DNA of 64,000 bases from Eubacteriales bacterium (lineage in GTDB: Bacteria; Bacillota; Clostridia; Oscillospirales; CAG-272): NCBI GenBank assembly GCA_045128515.1, contig JBGVRO010000010.1, positions 4,489-68,488 on the forward strand, given 5' to 3'. The notes below the pieces were generated by a model, which was not told the DNA's origin, ran no database searches, and worked only from the letters and a program-made list of their open reading frames with translations. Made by a program: the position numbers and the translations under genes. The number at the start of each line of letters is the position of its first letter. Position 1 is the first letter of the stretch. This document shows positions 24,849-35,508 of the stretch, piece after piece.

Positions 24849-27038
24849 ATGGACATTTTAAAGACTCTTGCTGAGGAATTTAAAATCAAGGAAGAGCAGG
24901 TTAAGGAAACCGTTGCTCTTATCGACGAGGGAAACACCATTCCCTTCATTTCACGTTACCGTAAGGAGGTTACAGGCGGTCTTGATGACGCTACCCTTCG
25001 TGACCTTAACGATAGACTTAACTACCTTCGCAAGATGGAGGAAAGACGCGAGGAGATCTCTAATCTCATAGACGCACAGGGAAAGCTTACTCCCGAGATC
25101 ACCTTTGCCCTTAACAATGCAAAGACTCTTGTAGAGCTTGAGGATATTTATCTTCCTTACAGACCCAAGAGAAAGACCAGAGCATCTGTTGCGCGTGACA
25201 AGGGACTTGAGCCTCTTGCTAATTACATTATGGAGCAGAAGGACGTATACGATCCCGAGATCGCCGTATATGCTGAGCAGTTTATCGTTATTTCCGATGA
25301 AAAGGATAAGGCTGTTCCTACCGTAGAGGCGGCTCTGCAGGGCGCAAGCGATATTATCGCCGAGGATATTTCCAACAATGCCGAGATCAGAAAGATGCTC
25401 CGTGAGTTCACTATGAGAAACGGCAGCCTTTCCTCTAAGGGTACAACCGAGGAAACAAGCGTATATGAAAATTACTACGACTTCTCCGAGCCTATCAAAA
25501 AGCTTAAGGGACACCGCGTTCTTGCTATCAACCGTGGCGAGAAGGAAGAATTCCTTAAGGTTGCGGTTACCCTGCCCGAGGAGGACGGCATAGCGCAGAT
25601 CGTTGCTAAGGTCGTTACCAACAAGCAGTCTCCTGCACTTTCTTACCTTATGGCAACCATTCGCGATGCATACGACAGACTTCTGTTCCCTGCAATCGAG
25701 CGTGAGGTTCGTACTACACTCTTCGACGATGCTTGCGAGGGTGCGCTTAAGGTATTCTCCGAGAACCTTCGTAACCTTCTTCTTGCAGCTCCCATTAAGG
25801 GCAAGACCGTTCTTGGTTACGACCCCGGTTATGCTCACGGCTGTAAGCTTGCAGTAGTTGATAAGACAGGCAAGGTGCTTGACACCGCCGTTATTTACCC
25901 CGTAAAGCCCAGAGAGGATATTGAGAGATCCAAGGCCGTTGTACTTCGCCTTATTAAGAAGCATAACGTTGATATTATTTCTATCGGTAACGGTACCGCA
26001 TCCCGTGAGAGCGAGGCGTTTATTGCAGAGCACGTTATCCGTGACGCAAGCTGTCCCAAGACTGTAAAGTATACTATCGTTTCCGAGGCGGGCGCTTCGG
26101 TTTATTCTGCATCTAAGGTTGCAACCGAGGAATTCCCCGACTTTGACGTAATGCAGAGATCTGCTATTTCTATTGCAAGAAGAATTCAGGATCCCCTTGC
26201 AGAGCTTGTTAAGATCGAGCCTAAGGCTATCGGTGTTGGTCAGTATCAGCACGATATGAAGCAGGCAAGACTTACCGAGGCTCTCGGTGGCGTAGTTGAG
26301 GGCTGTGTAAACGGTGTTGGTGTTGACGTTAACACTGCATCCTACTCTCTCCTTTCTTACGTATCGGGTATCAATACCACCGTTGCAAAGAATATCGTTA
26401 AGTATAGAGAAGAGCATGGAGAGTTCAAGACCCGTGCGCAGATCCTTAAGGTTCCGAAGCTTGGTGACAAGGCGTTCACACAGTGCGCAGGCTTCCTTCG
26501 TATCCACGACGGTAAGCAGGTGTTTGACTCCACCGGCGTTCATCCCGAGTCCTATGCAATCGCAGAGGATCTTCTTAAGCGTTTCGGCTTCTCTACCGAG
26601 GACGTAAAAAATAATAATCTCGCTCTCCTTCGCTTCAAGGCAGAGCAGTACGGCATCGCCAAGCTTGCTCGCGAGCTTGGCTGTGGTGAGCCTACTCTTG
26701 AGGACATTATCTCCGAGCTTGAGAAGCCCGGAAGAGATATCCGTGACGATGCTCCCGCACCTATCCTTTCCACCGACGTTCTCGACATCAATGATCTTAA
26801 GCCTGATATGCAGCTTAAGGGTACGGTTAGAAACGTTGTTGATTTCGGTTGCTTCGTTGATATCGGAGTTCACCACGACGGCCTTCTTCACATCTCCGAG
26901 ATGAGCGATAAGTTTATTAAGCACCCCTCCGAGATGTTCAAGACAGGCGACGTAATCGAGGTTCGTATCAAGGACGTTGACGTTAAAAAGCATAGAATTT
27001 CTCTTACCCGTAAGGGAATGAATACCTCTAAGGGTTAA
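24849..27038 (+). CDS. tex: Tex-like transcription accessory protein (YqgF/HhH/S1 domains)
   Basis: N-terminus ..TIPFISRYRKE.TGGLD and a C-terminal S1 domain (G.V.NVVDFG.FVDIG...DGL.HIS). Confidence 0.93.
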   Translation: MDILKTLAEEFKIKEEQVKETVALIDEGNTIPFISRYRKEVTGGLDDATLRDLNDRLNYLRKMEERREEISNLIDAQGKLTPEITFALNNAKTLVELEDIYLPYRPKRKTRASVARDKGLEPLANYIMEQKDVYDPEIAVYAEQFIVISDEKDKAVPTVEAALQGASDIIAEDISNNAEIRKMLREFTMRNGSLSSKGTTEETSVYENYYDFSEPIKKLKGHRVLAINRGEKEEFLKVAVTLPEEDGIAQIVAKVVTNKQSPALSYLMATIRDAYDRLLFPAIEREVRTTLFDDACEGALKVFSENLRNLLLAAPIKGKTVLGYDPGYAHGCKLAVVDKTGKVLDTAVIYPVKPREDIERSKAVVLRLIKKHNVDIISIGNGTASRESEAFIAEHVIRDASCPKTVKYTIVSEAGASVYSASKVATEEFPDFDVMQRSAISIARRIQDPLAELVKIEPKAIGVGQYQHDMKQARLTEALGGVVEGCVNGVGVDVNTASYSLLSYVSGINTTVAKNIVKYREEHGEFKTRAQILKVPKLGDKAFTQCAGFLRIHDGKQVFDSTGVHPESYAIAEDLLKRFGFSTEDVKNNNLALLRFKAEQYGIAKLARELGCGEPTLEDIISELEKPGRDIRDDAPAPILSTDVLDINDLKPDMQLKGTVRNVVDFGCFVDIGVHHDGLLHISEMSDKFIKHPSEMFKTGDVIEVRIKDVDVKKHRISLTRKGMNTSKG

Positions 27039-27051
27039 TTTTCCTGTTGCA

Positions 27052-27086
27052 TAAAAAAGGACGAGTGAAAACTCGTCCTTTTTTTG
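27052..27086. terminator. Bidirectional intrinsic terminator
   Basis: aaaaaaggacgagt-gaaa-actcgtccttttttt. Confidence 0.78.
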
Positions 27087-27097
27087 TGAATTAATGA

Positions 27098-29278
27098 TTA
27101 TTTCCATATGGTAGGCTTCCCGAGTTGGCTATAGTACCAGTATCTTCCATCACCCTCGGGCTTGGATTCACTGTAATAATATCTTTTGAAGACGTACTCA
27201 AACTCGGTGTTAAGGCTATCGATGGTTATACTGTCCCAGCTTTCGGGAGTACCATTGTAAAAGATGCGTGTAAATTGCGCGCAATGCTGAAAGGCACCCT
27301 TGCCAATTTTGGATATTCCACTTCCAAGAATAATAGTATTTATTTTGTTGCATTCGTTAAACGCATTTTCTTCAATAGTAGTTACGCTGTCCGGAATAGA
27401 CAGATTGCAAAGCGAATAGCAAAAGGCAAAGGCATTTTTACCAATAGTCTCGACTCCCTCGGATATGATCACTGTATCAAGATAAGCACCGCAATATATA
27501 AATGCCCCTTCGGGAATGTGCTTAAGTCCTGAACCAACGGTTACCTTCTCCAAATAATAACAAGAAGCAAACGCCCACATGCCCATAGAGGTAACTGTGT
27601 CGGGAATGGTTAATTCTACAAATCCACCGTCCATAAAGGCAAATTCACCGATAGATACCACGCTTTCCGAAAGATTAAGCTTTTGAAGCTCAACACAACC
27701 GGCAAAGGCGTAGTCGCCTATATCTGTCGGACCGAGAATGTTTACACTTTGAAGCTGTTTGCAATCGCGGAAGGCAGCGTGGCCGATATTGGTCAAAGTG
27801 GTGGGAAGGGTAACGCTCTTTATAGAGTCCATTCCGTAGAAGGCATAGTCGAGAATAACCTTTACACCCTCGGGGATGATAAGCTCTCCGTTACTCTTGC
27901 CGCTGGGATAACAGATAAGGGAATAGAGATCCTTTGTATATATCACACCGTCGATAGATGTGAAATTAGGGTTATCGGTATGTGCGGTTATTTTTTCAAG
28001 TTGGTAGCAGTTATTAAATGCGCGATCACCTATGGTAGCAAAGCTTTTTCCAAGAGAAACACTCTTTAGATTGTCGTTGCTGTCAAAGCAATTTTCTCCT
28101 ATGCTGACAAGACTGTCTGGAAATACAACGGCGGAAATATTGCAATCTCTGAATGCGCCGTTTCCAATGGATACAAGGCCTTCGCAAAATTCTACTGTTC
28201 CAAGGTTAAAGCAATAATTAAAGGTATTATCCTTTATCTCGGCAATCGAGCTACCAAACTTAATTGCTTTTATGCGGTTACAGTGATAGAACGCGTTGCT
28301 GCCAACATAAGTAACGCTGTCGGGTATTGTCGAAATTGTTATACTCTCGCACTCATTGAAGGCATTATCGCCAATATACTCAATTTGTTCCGGAAGAGAT
28401 GAAATTTCGAGAATAAAGTTGCGGTAGAAGGCGTTGCTTCCGATGTAGGTTGCGTTTTCCATGTGCCACACGTATCTAAGATAGGGGCACTCGGAGAATG
28501 CGTTATTTCCAATATAGCTTATATTATCTGTAAGTGAGATAGAGTAAAGCTTACTGTTATTATTGAAAACACCGTCGGAGATATGAGTGACAGGTACGCC
28601 TTCGTACTCGGGCAAAATTCTTACTCGTCCGTTGCTTCCGGTATATTCGGTAACGATAGCGTAGCTTCCATCGGTGGATAATTCGTATATTACACCTTCG
28701 GTGTAAACCACCTTTGTTCCGCATACGGTACAGATTCCTGTCTCATCCTCTATATGCTCTATGCGATCGTTAGATTGTCCACAGTTTTTGCATAAGTTCC
28801 AATGAGCATTACCGTCGCATGTGTATTCCTCAGCATACGCGTGTTGTGCGAGGAATCTTTCATATTCAAGCTTGATTTCACCACAGTCGCTACAGGTCAT
28901 AGTCTTATATCCGAGCTCTGTGCATGTGGAGTACTTGTAGTCTGTTCTCTTGAAATTGTGACTCTTTACGTCGGTCACCATCTCCTTATGACCGCAATTA
29001 TGGCAGGTCTTGGAGTAGATCCAGTCGATACAGCTGTCGCCTTCTTCCTGACTCTCATATACAGTCTGGCCGTAGAGATGATTGGCGGTGGGGATGCTCT
29101 CGCTTTCCAATATTTTATTGCAGTGTATGCATTTCTTGGTCTGAAGACCCTCGATAGAACAGGTCGCTTCCTTTTCAATTCTCCATTCTCCGGGCTCACA
29201 GCTGTGGTTGTTACAGGAGCAGAGAAGGAGAATAAGGAATAAACAGGTCATTATGATAAAAAATAATTTATGTTTCAT
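27098..29278 (-). CDS. BspA-type leucine-rich-repeat lipoprotein with an N-terminal Cys-rich module
   Basis: The start is at MKHKLFF. The signal has a lipobox (LLLCSC). Cys pairs are present (CIHCNK, CHNCGH, CSDCGE). About 20 repeats of ..I(G/E).(N/Y)AF..C..L..I.IP.SV follow. Confidence 0.8.
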   Translation of the reverse strand: MKHKLFFIIMTCLFLILLLCSCNNHSCEPGEWRIEKEATCSIEGLQTKKCIHCNKILESESIPTANHLYGQTVYESQEEGDSCIDWIYSKTCHNCGHKEMVTDVKSHNFKRTDYKYSTCTELGYKTMTCSDCGEIKLEYERFLAQHAYAEEYTCDGNAHWNLCKNCGQSNDRIEHIEDETGICTVCGTKVVYTEGVIYELSTDGSYAIVTEYTGSNGRVRILPEYEGVPVTHISDGVFNNNSKLYSISLTDNISYIGNNAFSECPYLRYVWHMENATYIGSNAFYRNFILEISSLPEQIEYIGDNAFNECESITISTIPDSVTYVGSNAFYHCNRIKAIKFGSSIAEIKDNTFNYCFNLGTVEFCEGLVSIGNGAFRDCNISAVVFPDSLVSIGENCFDSNDNLKSVSLGKSFATIGDRAFNNCYQLEKITAHTDNPNFTSIDGVIYTKDLYSLICYPSGKSNGELIIPEGVKVILDYAFYGMDSIKSVTLPTTLTNIGHAAFRDCKQLQSVNILGPTDIGDYAFAGCVELQKLNLSESVVSIGEFAFMDGGFVELTIPDTVTSMGMWAFASCYYLEKVTVGSGLKHIPEGAFIYCGAYLDTVIISEGVETIGKNAFAFCYSLCNLSIPDSVTTIEENAFNECNKINTIILGSGISKIGKGAFQHCAQFTRIFYNGTPESWDSITIDSLNTEFEYVFKRYYYSESKPEGDGRYWYYSQLGKPTIWK

Positions 29279-29340
29279 ATCGAACCCCCTTATTGTTTTA
29301 ATTATACAGGTTCGAAGCAAAAAAGTCAACCGTGATAATA

Positions 29341-29373
29341 AAAAAAGAGGACTCCGTTGGAGTCCTCTTTTTT
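29341..29373 (-). terminator. Intrinsic terminator (symmetrical)
   Basis: aaaaaagaggactcc-gtt-ggagtcctctttttt. Confidence 0.7.
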
Positions 29374-29399
29374 GCGGTTTGTAAAACTGACTTTACAAA

Positions 29400-30926
29400 T
29401 TAGATAACTATGAAGCTACAGCTACCTGCAGGAATTTTGTATTCGCCTGCGGAAACTGTGTCACCGTCAAGGCAGGGAAGTGCATTGTTCTCACCGAGAG
29501 TGAGAGGTCTGCCGTTAAGGTACATAACCTTGTTTCTCATATTGCCGTTGCCGGAAAGAGTGTAAACGGTCGCATCCTTGGGAAGGTTAACGGTAGTTTC
29601 ATCGGTAAGAGAGTTGTTTACTACGAGATAGCAGTAACCATCCTTGCCGTCCTTACGGGAGTGAGCGTAAACGTGTGCGCCCTCGGTCTGGGGAGCTTCA
29701 GCGCGATAGCAGGTGTTGCCCATAAGACGCTGCCAGAGCAGAACTGCAAAGTAGTTGGGTCTTGGATCGAAGGAGCCGTGCTGAAGGAAGCCGTAGTCGG
29801 AGGAAGCAAGGGTGTTGTGGAAGATAACACCGTCGGTGAGAGTACAGAAGCTGCCAAGCTCGTTGAGAGTTCTGAGTACGTCAAGGTAGGTGGATGCCCA
29901 TGTGTCTCCGCCTCCGCCTGCGTCACCCGACTCGGTAACCCACATCTCGCCGCCGGGAACGTACTTATCACGTGCGGGAATGTTCATATAGCAGATGCCG
30001 GGAGCAACCTGAAGATATGCATCGGTGTGAGCTGCCTCTGCAGGCCAGTGACCGGTAGGCATCATGCCTGCAAGTCTCTCGGAAATTCCGTTGTAGTAGT
30101 GGTAGGAATATACGTCCATCTTTACCTGATGACCGCGCATAAGGTCGTGAACTGTACCCATGGTCATCATATTGCCGATGCCCGAGCCCATCTTTGCCAT
30201 AGGAGACTCCTCAATAGAGGTGTCGGTCATACCTGTGTTACAGGGACCTACGATAAGGCAGTTGGGATAGTTCTCTCTTACCCAAGCGTTTGCAATATCC
30301 TGGTCACGAACGTAATCCTCAAAGGTGTAGCCAACGGGTGCGCCGGAGATCTGAAGCATGTTAGGCTCGTTCATGAACTCGAATGCATCGATAGAGCCGC
30401 CAAGCTCCTCGGTAAGAGCAAAGAGCTTTTTGATCTGTGTAAGGTCAAGGGGTGCGCCGTCCTTATGGTCGCCTGCGCAGTTAGATGCGGAAACAAGAAG
30501 CTTGCCACCAACAGTCTTTACAAAATTAACGATATTTGCCCACTGCTCGCGGGTAAGCACGCTCTGGTATCCCTCGGGTGCCTTGCCACCGGTAGTGCCG
30601 TCGAAATCATAGTATGTCTTGGTTGCCCAAGTGCCGGATACTCTTACCCAAACAGGTCCAAGCTCCTTTGCAAGAGAGATAAGCTTTTCGTTGGTAGTAT
30701 CAATGGGGGGATAGTACTGCATAAGGCCTGCCATTGCGGTGTGATTCTGGAAACCGCCCTCAAGCTTTGGGAACTCCTCTGTACCTGCGATCTGTCCCTC
30801 GGTATATGCCTTCCAGAAGGTACCGCCGGTAACCTCTGTCATCTCTACGTTGTAGGACATAAGTCGGGGATTAATGCTGCGGATAGCCTGAAGCCCGTCA
30901 GCCTTAAATTCAAGATAATGTGCCAC
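29400..30926 (-). CDS. Clan GH-A glycoside hydrolase, GH79-like (beta-glucuronidase/heparanase family), cytoplasmic
   Basis: A (beta/alpha)8-type FEFMNEPN acid/base motif, a later WVTESG-type nucleophile segment (MWVTESGDAGGGG) and a C-terminal beta-sandwich. There is no signal peptide. The family assignment is from memory only. Confidence 0.55.
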   Translation of the reverse strand: MAHYLEFKADGLQAIRSINPRLMSYNVEMTEVTGGTFWKAYTEGQIAGTEEFPKLEGGFQNHTAMAGLMQYYPPIDTTNEKLISLAKELGPVWVRVSGTWATKTYYDFDGTTGGKAPEGYQSVLTREQWANIVNFVKTVGGKLLVSASNCAGDHKDGAPLDLTQIKKLFALTEELGGSIDAFEFMNEPNMLQISGAPVGYTFEDYVRDQDIANAWVRENYPNCLIVGPCNTGMTDTSIEESPMAKMGSGIGNMMTMGTVHDLMRGHQVKMDVYSYHYYNGISERLAGMMPTGHWPAEAAHTDAYLQVAPGICYMNIPARDKYVPGGEMWVTESGDAGGGGDTWASTYLDVLRTLNELGSFCTLTDGVIFHNTLASSDYGFLQHGSFDPRPNYFAVLLWQRLMGNTCYRAEAPQTEGAHVYAHSRKDGKDGYCYLVVNNSLTDETTVNLPKDATVYTLSGNGNMRNKVMYLNGRPLTLGENNALPCLDGDTVSAGEYKIPAGSCSFIVI

Positions 30927-31001
30927 GTGTATTTTCTCCTTTATTTTGTTTTTATTTTATCACAAATATTATAATACATTACCGTCTAAATGTCAACGAT
31001 A

Positions 31002-31036
31002 AAAAAGAAATCCGCCTCAAAAGAAGCGGATTTCAG
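31002..31036 (-). terminator. Intrinsic terminator
   Basis: On the minus strand: gaaatccgc-ttcttttgag-gcggatttc followed by tttttt. Confidence 0.55.
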
Positions 31037-31051
31037 AGAATATACTAATTA

Positions 31052-33511
31052 TTACTTGAAGTTAAGAGTGTTGAGAACCTTGGTTCCGTCCTCAAGAACT
31101 ACTGCAAGAACACAGCCTCTGTAGTTGTCCTTCTTGTCGTTCCAGTTACAGGGTGCAACCTCAATGGTGATCTCCTGACCTGCATATGCCTTAAGCCAGC
31201 TGTACTGAGCCGCGCCGGAGCAGTAGAGCTGAAGCTCAACGCCGTTATAGGTGATCTTAAGGTTGGTGTAGTATGCGGTTTCAACAACCTCAACAACGCA
31301 CTTAACAACGTAAACCTCGGTAGAGTGACTTTCTTCAACACTAAGCGCCTTGATGTCTGCGAGAGTCTTATCAGTGATAAACTTCTCGGTAGAATACTCG
31401 TGGTTGCCATAGTAGTTTGCAACGATCTCGCCGTTAACGATAGCATCCTGACCGTATGTGGTGTAGGTGTCATCCTTAATGAAGCGCTCTCTCATACCCT
31501 TCACAACGATCTCGTGTCCGATTGCAAGACCGTTAAATGCGTCCTCGCTAACAAGAACCGCGATCATAGAGCCGTCCTCGCCGAAGAGATAGAAGCCCAT
31601 ACGGTTTACAAGAGAGGGACCTACGATACCGCGAACTACAACGTCGGTATCCTTGGGAGTTGCGATAGCATCAGCAACGGTGATAGCCTCGATCTCTGCA
31701 TTTTCTTCGATTGTAACGTCAACAGACTGGCTGTATGTCTTTCCGTTGTAAGAGCCGGTTACGGTGACAGTAGCAGTACCTGCATTCTTACCGTGGAAGG
31801 TAACGGTGTTCTCGCTCTCGGTAAAGTAAACTACGTTCTCGTCAGAGGAGCTATAGCTAAGGGTTGCGCCCTCGAAGCCGAGAAGCTCGGAGGAAACAAC
31901 GGTCTGAAGTTCGATTGCGGGGTCGCCGGTGTAGCTGGAAATGAAGCCGGTAAGTCCGTGGTACTTAACTGCGTACTCAGCAGCGTTCTCGGTATTGAAG
32001 GTGTAACCCTCGTCGATAACCTCGATAGGAAGGAATCTCCATACGCAACCGGATGCAGAGGATTTTGCATTGATTGCAACAATGTAAACGGTGCAGAACT
32101 TGCCGTCAAACTCGTCAAGCCAGCTGAAGTCACCGCCGTTGCACTGAGTGTAGGTGTAAGATCCGGTAACGCCGTCAATATCGTCGAAGTAGTAGTTGAT
32201 AAAGCCTGTGCCGTCTACCCTCTTCACAAGTGCGGTTACCTTGAAGATCTTGTTGGTGATGTTCTCGGATACGGGAGTATCCATAATTTCCTTAACAGTG
32301 GTCTCTTCGATCCAGGACTTATCAAATGCGCTGTTGCCATTGTCGTTGGAAATAAGAAGTGCACTGTCAAGCTGGCACGCGCCCTTGTAACCGTATTTTT
32401 CAGCATTGCTCATTTCGGTTTCAAGAATCCAGGATGCCTTTTCGCCGGCAACTGTAATGGTGTTACCAACATTGACCTGACCCGCAACGTCACCGTCGTA
32501 TACGTAGATAGAGGATGTGCCGTCAACAAGAATTACACCGCTGGGCTTTTTGCCGGTTGCGTATGTGATCTGTGCAACAACGCCACTGATCTTGATCTTT
32601 GCGCCAAGCTCAGCCTCTCTTGCGTTTGCAATGGTCATATCAGCATACTCGGAGGGATCGATCTCAACCTCGTTGTGCTTGAACTCAACAACCCAAGCGC
32701 TCTTTACCTGGTTTGTTCCGTTATGATTATTAAGAGTACAGTAGAGAAGAACCTCGTCACCCTTCACAGGTCTCTCGGTCATATCTGCATAGCCAACAGT
32801 ACCGTCGCTGTTCTTGGTGTTGTATACGAGAAGCTCGCCGGTCTCGTCTGCAATGTACATTTCACCGTATGCAGGATTGCTTACTTTGGTGATAGTAGCG
32901 CGAATATAGTAGCGCTGAGCTGTCTCCTCGGTGTTAACCTTACAGATTTCAATAGCCTCTGCAATGGTGATAACCTTTATGGGAGCCTCAACAGCCTCGA
33001 ACTCAACGAGAGTTGCGGACTTGATGTACCATGCGCCATCAGTCTTTGCCAATACGCAATGAAGAAGAACCTTGTCAGCTTCGTCGGGCTTTTCGCTCAA
33101 CTTCTTGTAGGATTCGCCATCCTCGGAGTAAACTGCCTCAACTCTGATAGATCCGGTTGCATCCTCGATGATCATCTCACCGGTAGAGCTGCTAACAAGC
33201 TCCTTAACGGTTGCCTCTACGTAGCAGAGCTGGGAGAAGATAGTTCCGTCGGGATGCGTAGTGCCGAGTGCCTTATCCATATCAAGATCAGAAATAGAAG
33301 TCTTGATAATGCTGTCGCAGTCGTAGCACTTGCCGTCAATAACGTTTGCATGCTGACATGCGGGAGTCTCGTCACCACCATCGGGTGTGTTGCCCTGTTC
33401 GCCACCGAAAATGTCCTCAAGGAAGGGGAGCTGGTCACAAGAGACGATGCTCAAAGACATTACGACGAGAAGCAGGATAACTAACAAACGAGAAAGTAAG
33501 CTTTTGTTCAT
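31052..33511 (-). CDS. Large lipoprotein with repeated OB-fold-like modules and an Ig-like (Big_2-like) domain
   Basis: Lipobox LSIVSC. At least four modules of the type Y(V/I).AT(V/I)....GEM.I.D.TG...V; TATVTVTGSYNGKTYSQSVDVTI is Ig-like. Confidence 0.65.
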   Translation of the reverse strand: MNKSLLSRLLVILLLVVMSLSIVSCDQLPFLEDIFGGEQGNTPDGGDETPACQHANVIDGKCYDCDSIIKTSISDLDMDKALGTTHPDGTIFSQLCYVEATVKELVSSSTGEMIIEDATGSIRVEAVYSEDGESYKKLSEKPDEADKVLLHCVLAKTDGAWYIKSATLVEFEAVEAPIKVITIAEAIEICKVNTEETAQRYYIRATITKVSNPAYGEMYIADETGELLVYNTKNSDGTVGYADMTERPVKGDEVLLYCTLNNHNGTNQVKSAWVVEFKHNEVEIDPSEYADMTIANAREAELGAKIKISGVVAQITYATGKKPSGVILVDGTSSIYVYDGDVAGQVNVGNTITVAGEKASWILETEMSNAEKYGYKGACQLDSALLISNDNGNSAFDKSWIEETTVKEIMDTPVSENITNKIFKVTALVKRVDGTGFINYYFDDIDGVTGSYTYTQCNGGDFSWLDEFDGKFCTVYIVAINAKSSASGCVWRFLPIEVIDEGYTFNTENAAEYAVKYHGLTGFISSYTGDPAIELQTVVSSELLGFEGATLSYSSSDENVVYFTESENTVTFHGKNAGTATVTVTGSYNGKTYSQSVDVTIEENAEIEAITVADAIATPKDTDVVVRGIVGPSLVNRMGFYLFGEDGSMIAVLVSEDAFNGLAIGHEIVVKGMRERFIKDDTYTTYGQDAIVNGEIVANYYGNHEYSTEKFITDKTLADIKALSVEESHSTEVYVVKCVVEVVETAYYTNLKITYNGVELQLYCSGAAQYSWLKAYAGQEITIEVAPCNWNDKKDNYRGCVLAVVLEDGTKVLNTLNFK

Positions 33512-33640
33512 TGGTCTGTCCTCTTTTCTTTATTTAATTTTCGACTAAAAAATTTTCAGCCATTATAATTCTAACATCTCATTCGGCAAATGTCAACAAA
33601 AAATTACAACTAATAATTAATAAATTATCATCTATTTATC

Positions 33641-33669
33641 TTGATAAATATTGTGGAATATGCTATAAT
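33641..33669 (+). promoter_or_regulatory. Sigma-A type promoter of the sugar ABC operon
   Basis: TTGATA, 17 nt, TATAAT. Confidence 0.55.
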
Positions 33670-33724
33670 TAGTCAAAAGTTATAAATTTTGGGATTGGTT
33701 TTTAATCGAAAGGAATATAGGATT

Positions 33725-34615
33725 ATGGAAAAAAACAACTGGAGAGCCTGGCTATACCTGTTGCCGGCAATAATTTTCCTTGGGGTATTTATGGTATACC
33801 CCCTTGTTGACGTGCTTATATATTCCTTTGAGGAAGGGTTCAATTCTGCATCGCAGACCTTCTTTGGCATTGGTTTTTACAACTTTGAATACATTCTTCG
33901 TGATCCCTACTTTATGCAGGCGGTTAAGAATACCTTCATTCTCGTATTCATCACCGTTCCTCTTTCCACCGGTCTATCACTGCTTATTTCTATCGGATTA
34001 AGCTCTATAGATAAGCTGCGTGAGCTTTTCCAGACCATATATTTCCTGCCTTACGTTACAAATACCCTTGCAGTCGGCTTAGTATTCATGATACTCTTTA
34101 AGCCTACCGTGTACAATGACGGTCTTGTTAATGCCTTTCTTGCAATATTCGGTGTTTCACCCATTGATTTTATTGACGGACCCTATTGGGCAAAAATGCT
34201 TGTACTTTGTCTTTATACCATATGGGTCGTAATGCCATTCAAGGTGCTTATTTTTACAAGTGCAATCGCATCTGTTCCGAAGGCCTATTACGATGCGGCG
34301 CGTGTTGACGGAGCAACAGATAAGAGAATGCTCCTTAAGATTACGTTACCCATCATATCTCCCACTATTTTCTATCTGGTTATTACCGGCTTTATCGGTG
34401 CTTTTAAGGCATACAGCGATGCGGTGGCTCTCTTTGGTACAGACCTTAATGCATCGGGTATGAACACCATCGTTGGCTACGTGTACGATATGCTTTACGG
34501 TGACGGCGGAGGATATCCCTCCTTTGCAGCTGCGGCGGCGATCATTCTCTTTGCCATCGTGCTTACTATCACATGCATCAATCTTCTTGTAAGCAAGAAA
34601 AGAGTTCACTACTAA
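33725..34615 (+). CDS. Carbohydrate ABC transporter permease (MalF/UgpA type)
   Basis: Six TM helices and an EAA-like loop (YDAARVDGA....L.KITLP). The start was set at MEKNNWRAW. Confidence 0.87.
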   Translation: MEKNNWRAWLYLLPAIIFLGVFMVYPLVDVLIYSFEEGFNSASQTFFGIGFYNFEYILRDPYFMQAVKNTFILVFITVPLSTGLSLLISIGLSSIDKLRELFQTIYFLPYVTNTLAVGLVFMILFKPTVYNDGLVNAFLAIFGVSPIDFIDGPYWAKMLVLCLYTIWVVMPFKVLIFTSAIASVPKAYYDAARVDGATDKRMLLKITLPIISPTIFYLVITGFIGAFKAYSDAVALFGTDLNASGMNTIVGYVYDMLYGDGGGYPSFAAAAAIILFAIVLTITCINLLVSKKRVHY

Positions 34616-34632
34616 GAAAGGAGGCAGATCCT

Positions 34633-35508
34633 ATGAAATCCTCTATTGATTTTTCCGAAACACGGGAAAAACAGCAGCTTCGTAAGAAGATTACTAAGAT
34701 TATAACATACGTTTTGCTCGGTATATGGGCGCTGGTTGTTATTTTCCCATTTTATTGGATGATTTTAAGCTCTTTTAAGAGCTACGGTGAATATAACGGC
34801 GAAGCTGTTCCGCAGTTTATTGCCACAAATCCCACCTTTGAAAACTACGTAATAGCATTTACCTCCGTTCCTCTGCTTGATTATTTTATCAATACACTGA
34901 TCTTTACTGTTACAACCACAGCGCTTATGATGATAATCATTATCCCTGCGGCATTTGCCTTTGCAAGAATGAACTTCAAGGGAAAAAATATCCTTTTCGT
35001 TCTGTTTTTATCGCTTATGATGATACCGAACGAGCTTGTAATAATTACGAATTTCGTTACCATCACAAACCTTGATTTAAGGAACACCTTTACAGGTCTT
35101 ATCCTTCCTTCTGTCACATCGGTATTTTATATCTATCTTTTGAAGGAGAACTTTGCGCAGATCCCTGACGAGCTTTATCTTGCCGCAAAAATTGACGGTA
35201 CTTGCGATTTTAAATATATGATGAATGTCATGGTGCCTATTTGCAAGCCAACCCTCGTCACAATAACCATACTTAAGGTGATTGAGTGCTGGAACTCCTA
35301 CGTTTGGCCCAGACTTATAACCGACAAGGAAGCGTATTTCCTTCTTTCAAACGGTATTCAGAAAATACGCGAGAGTGGATTCGGCAGAGAGAACGTTCCT
35401 GCTATGATGGCTGCGGTTGTAGTTATCTCATTGCCTCTTATAATTCTGTTTATCGCGTTCCGTAAAAAAATTATGGAAGGCGTGGCTCAGGGAGGTACAA
35501 AGGGATGA
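34633..35508 (+). CDS. Carbohydrate ABC transporter permease (MalG/UgpE type)
   Basis: EAA loop LYLAAKIDG and an RBS aaggagg upstream of the ATG at 34633. Confidence 0.87.
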   Translation: MKSSIDFSETREKQQLRKKITKIITYVLLGIWALVVIFPFYWMILSSFKSYGEYNGEAVPQFIATNPTFENYVIAFTSVPLLDYFINTLIFTVTTTALMMIIIIPAAFAFARMNFKGKNILFVLFLSLMMIPNELVIITNFVTITNLDLRNTFTGLILPSVTSVFYIYLLKENFAQIPDELYLAAKIDGTCDFKYMMNVMVPICKPTLVTITILKVIECWNSYVWPRLITDKEAYFLLSNGIQKIRESGFGRENVPAMMAAVVVISLPLIILFIAFRKKIMEGVAQGGTKG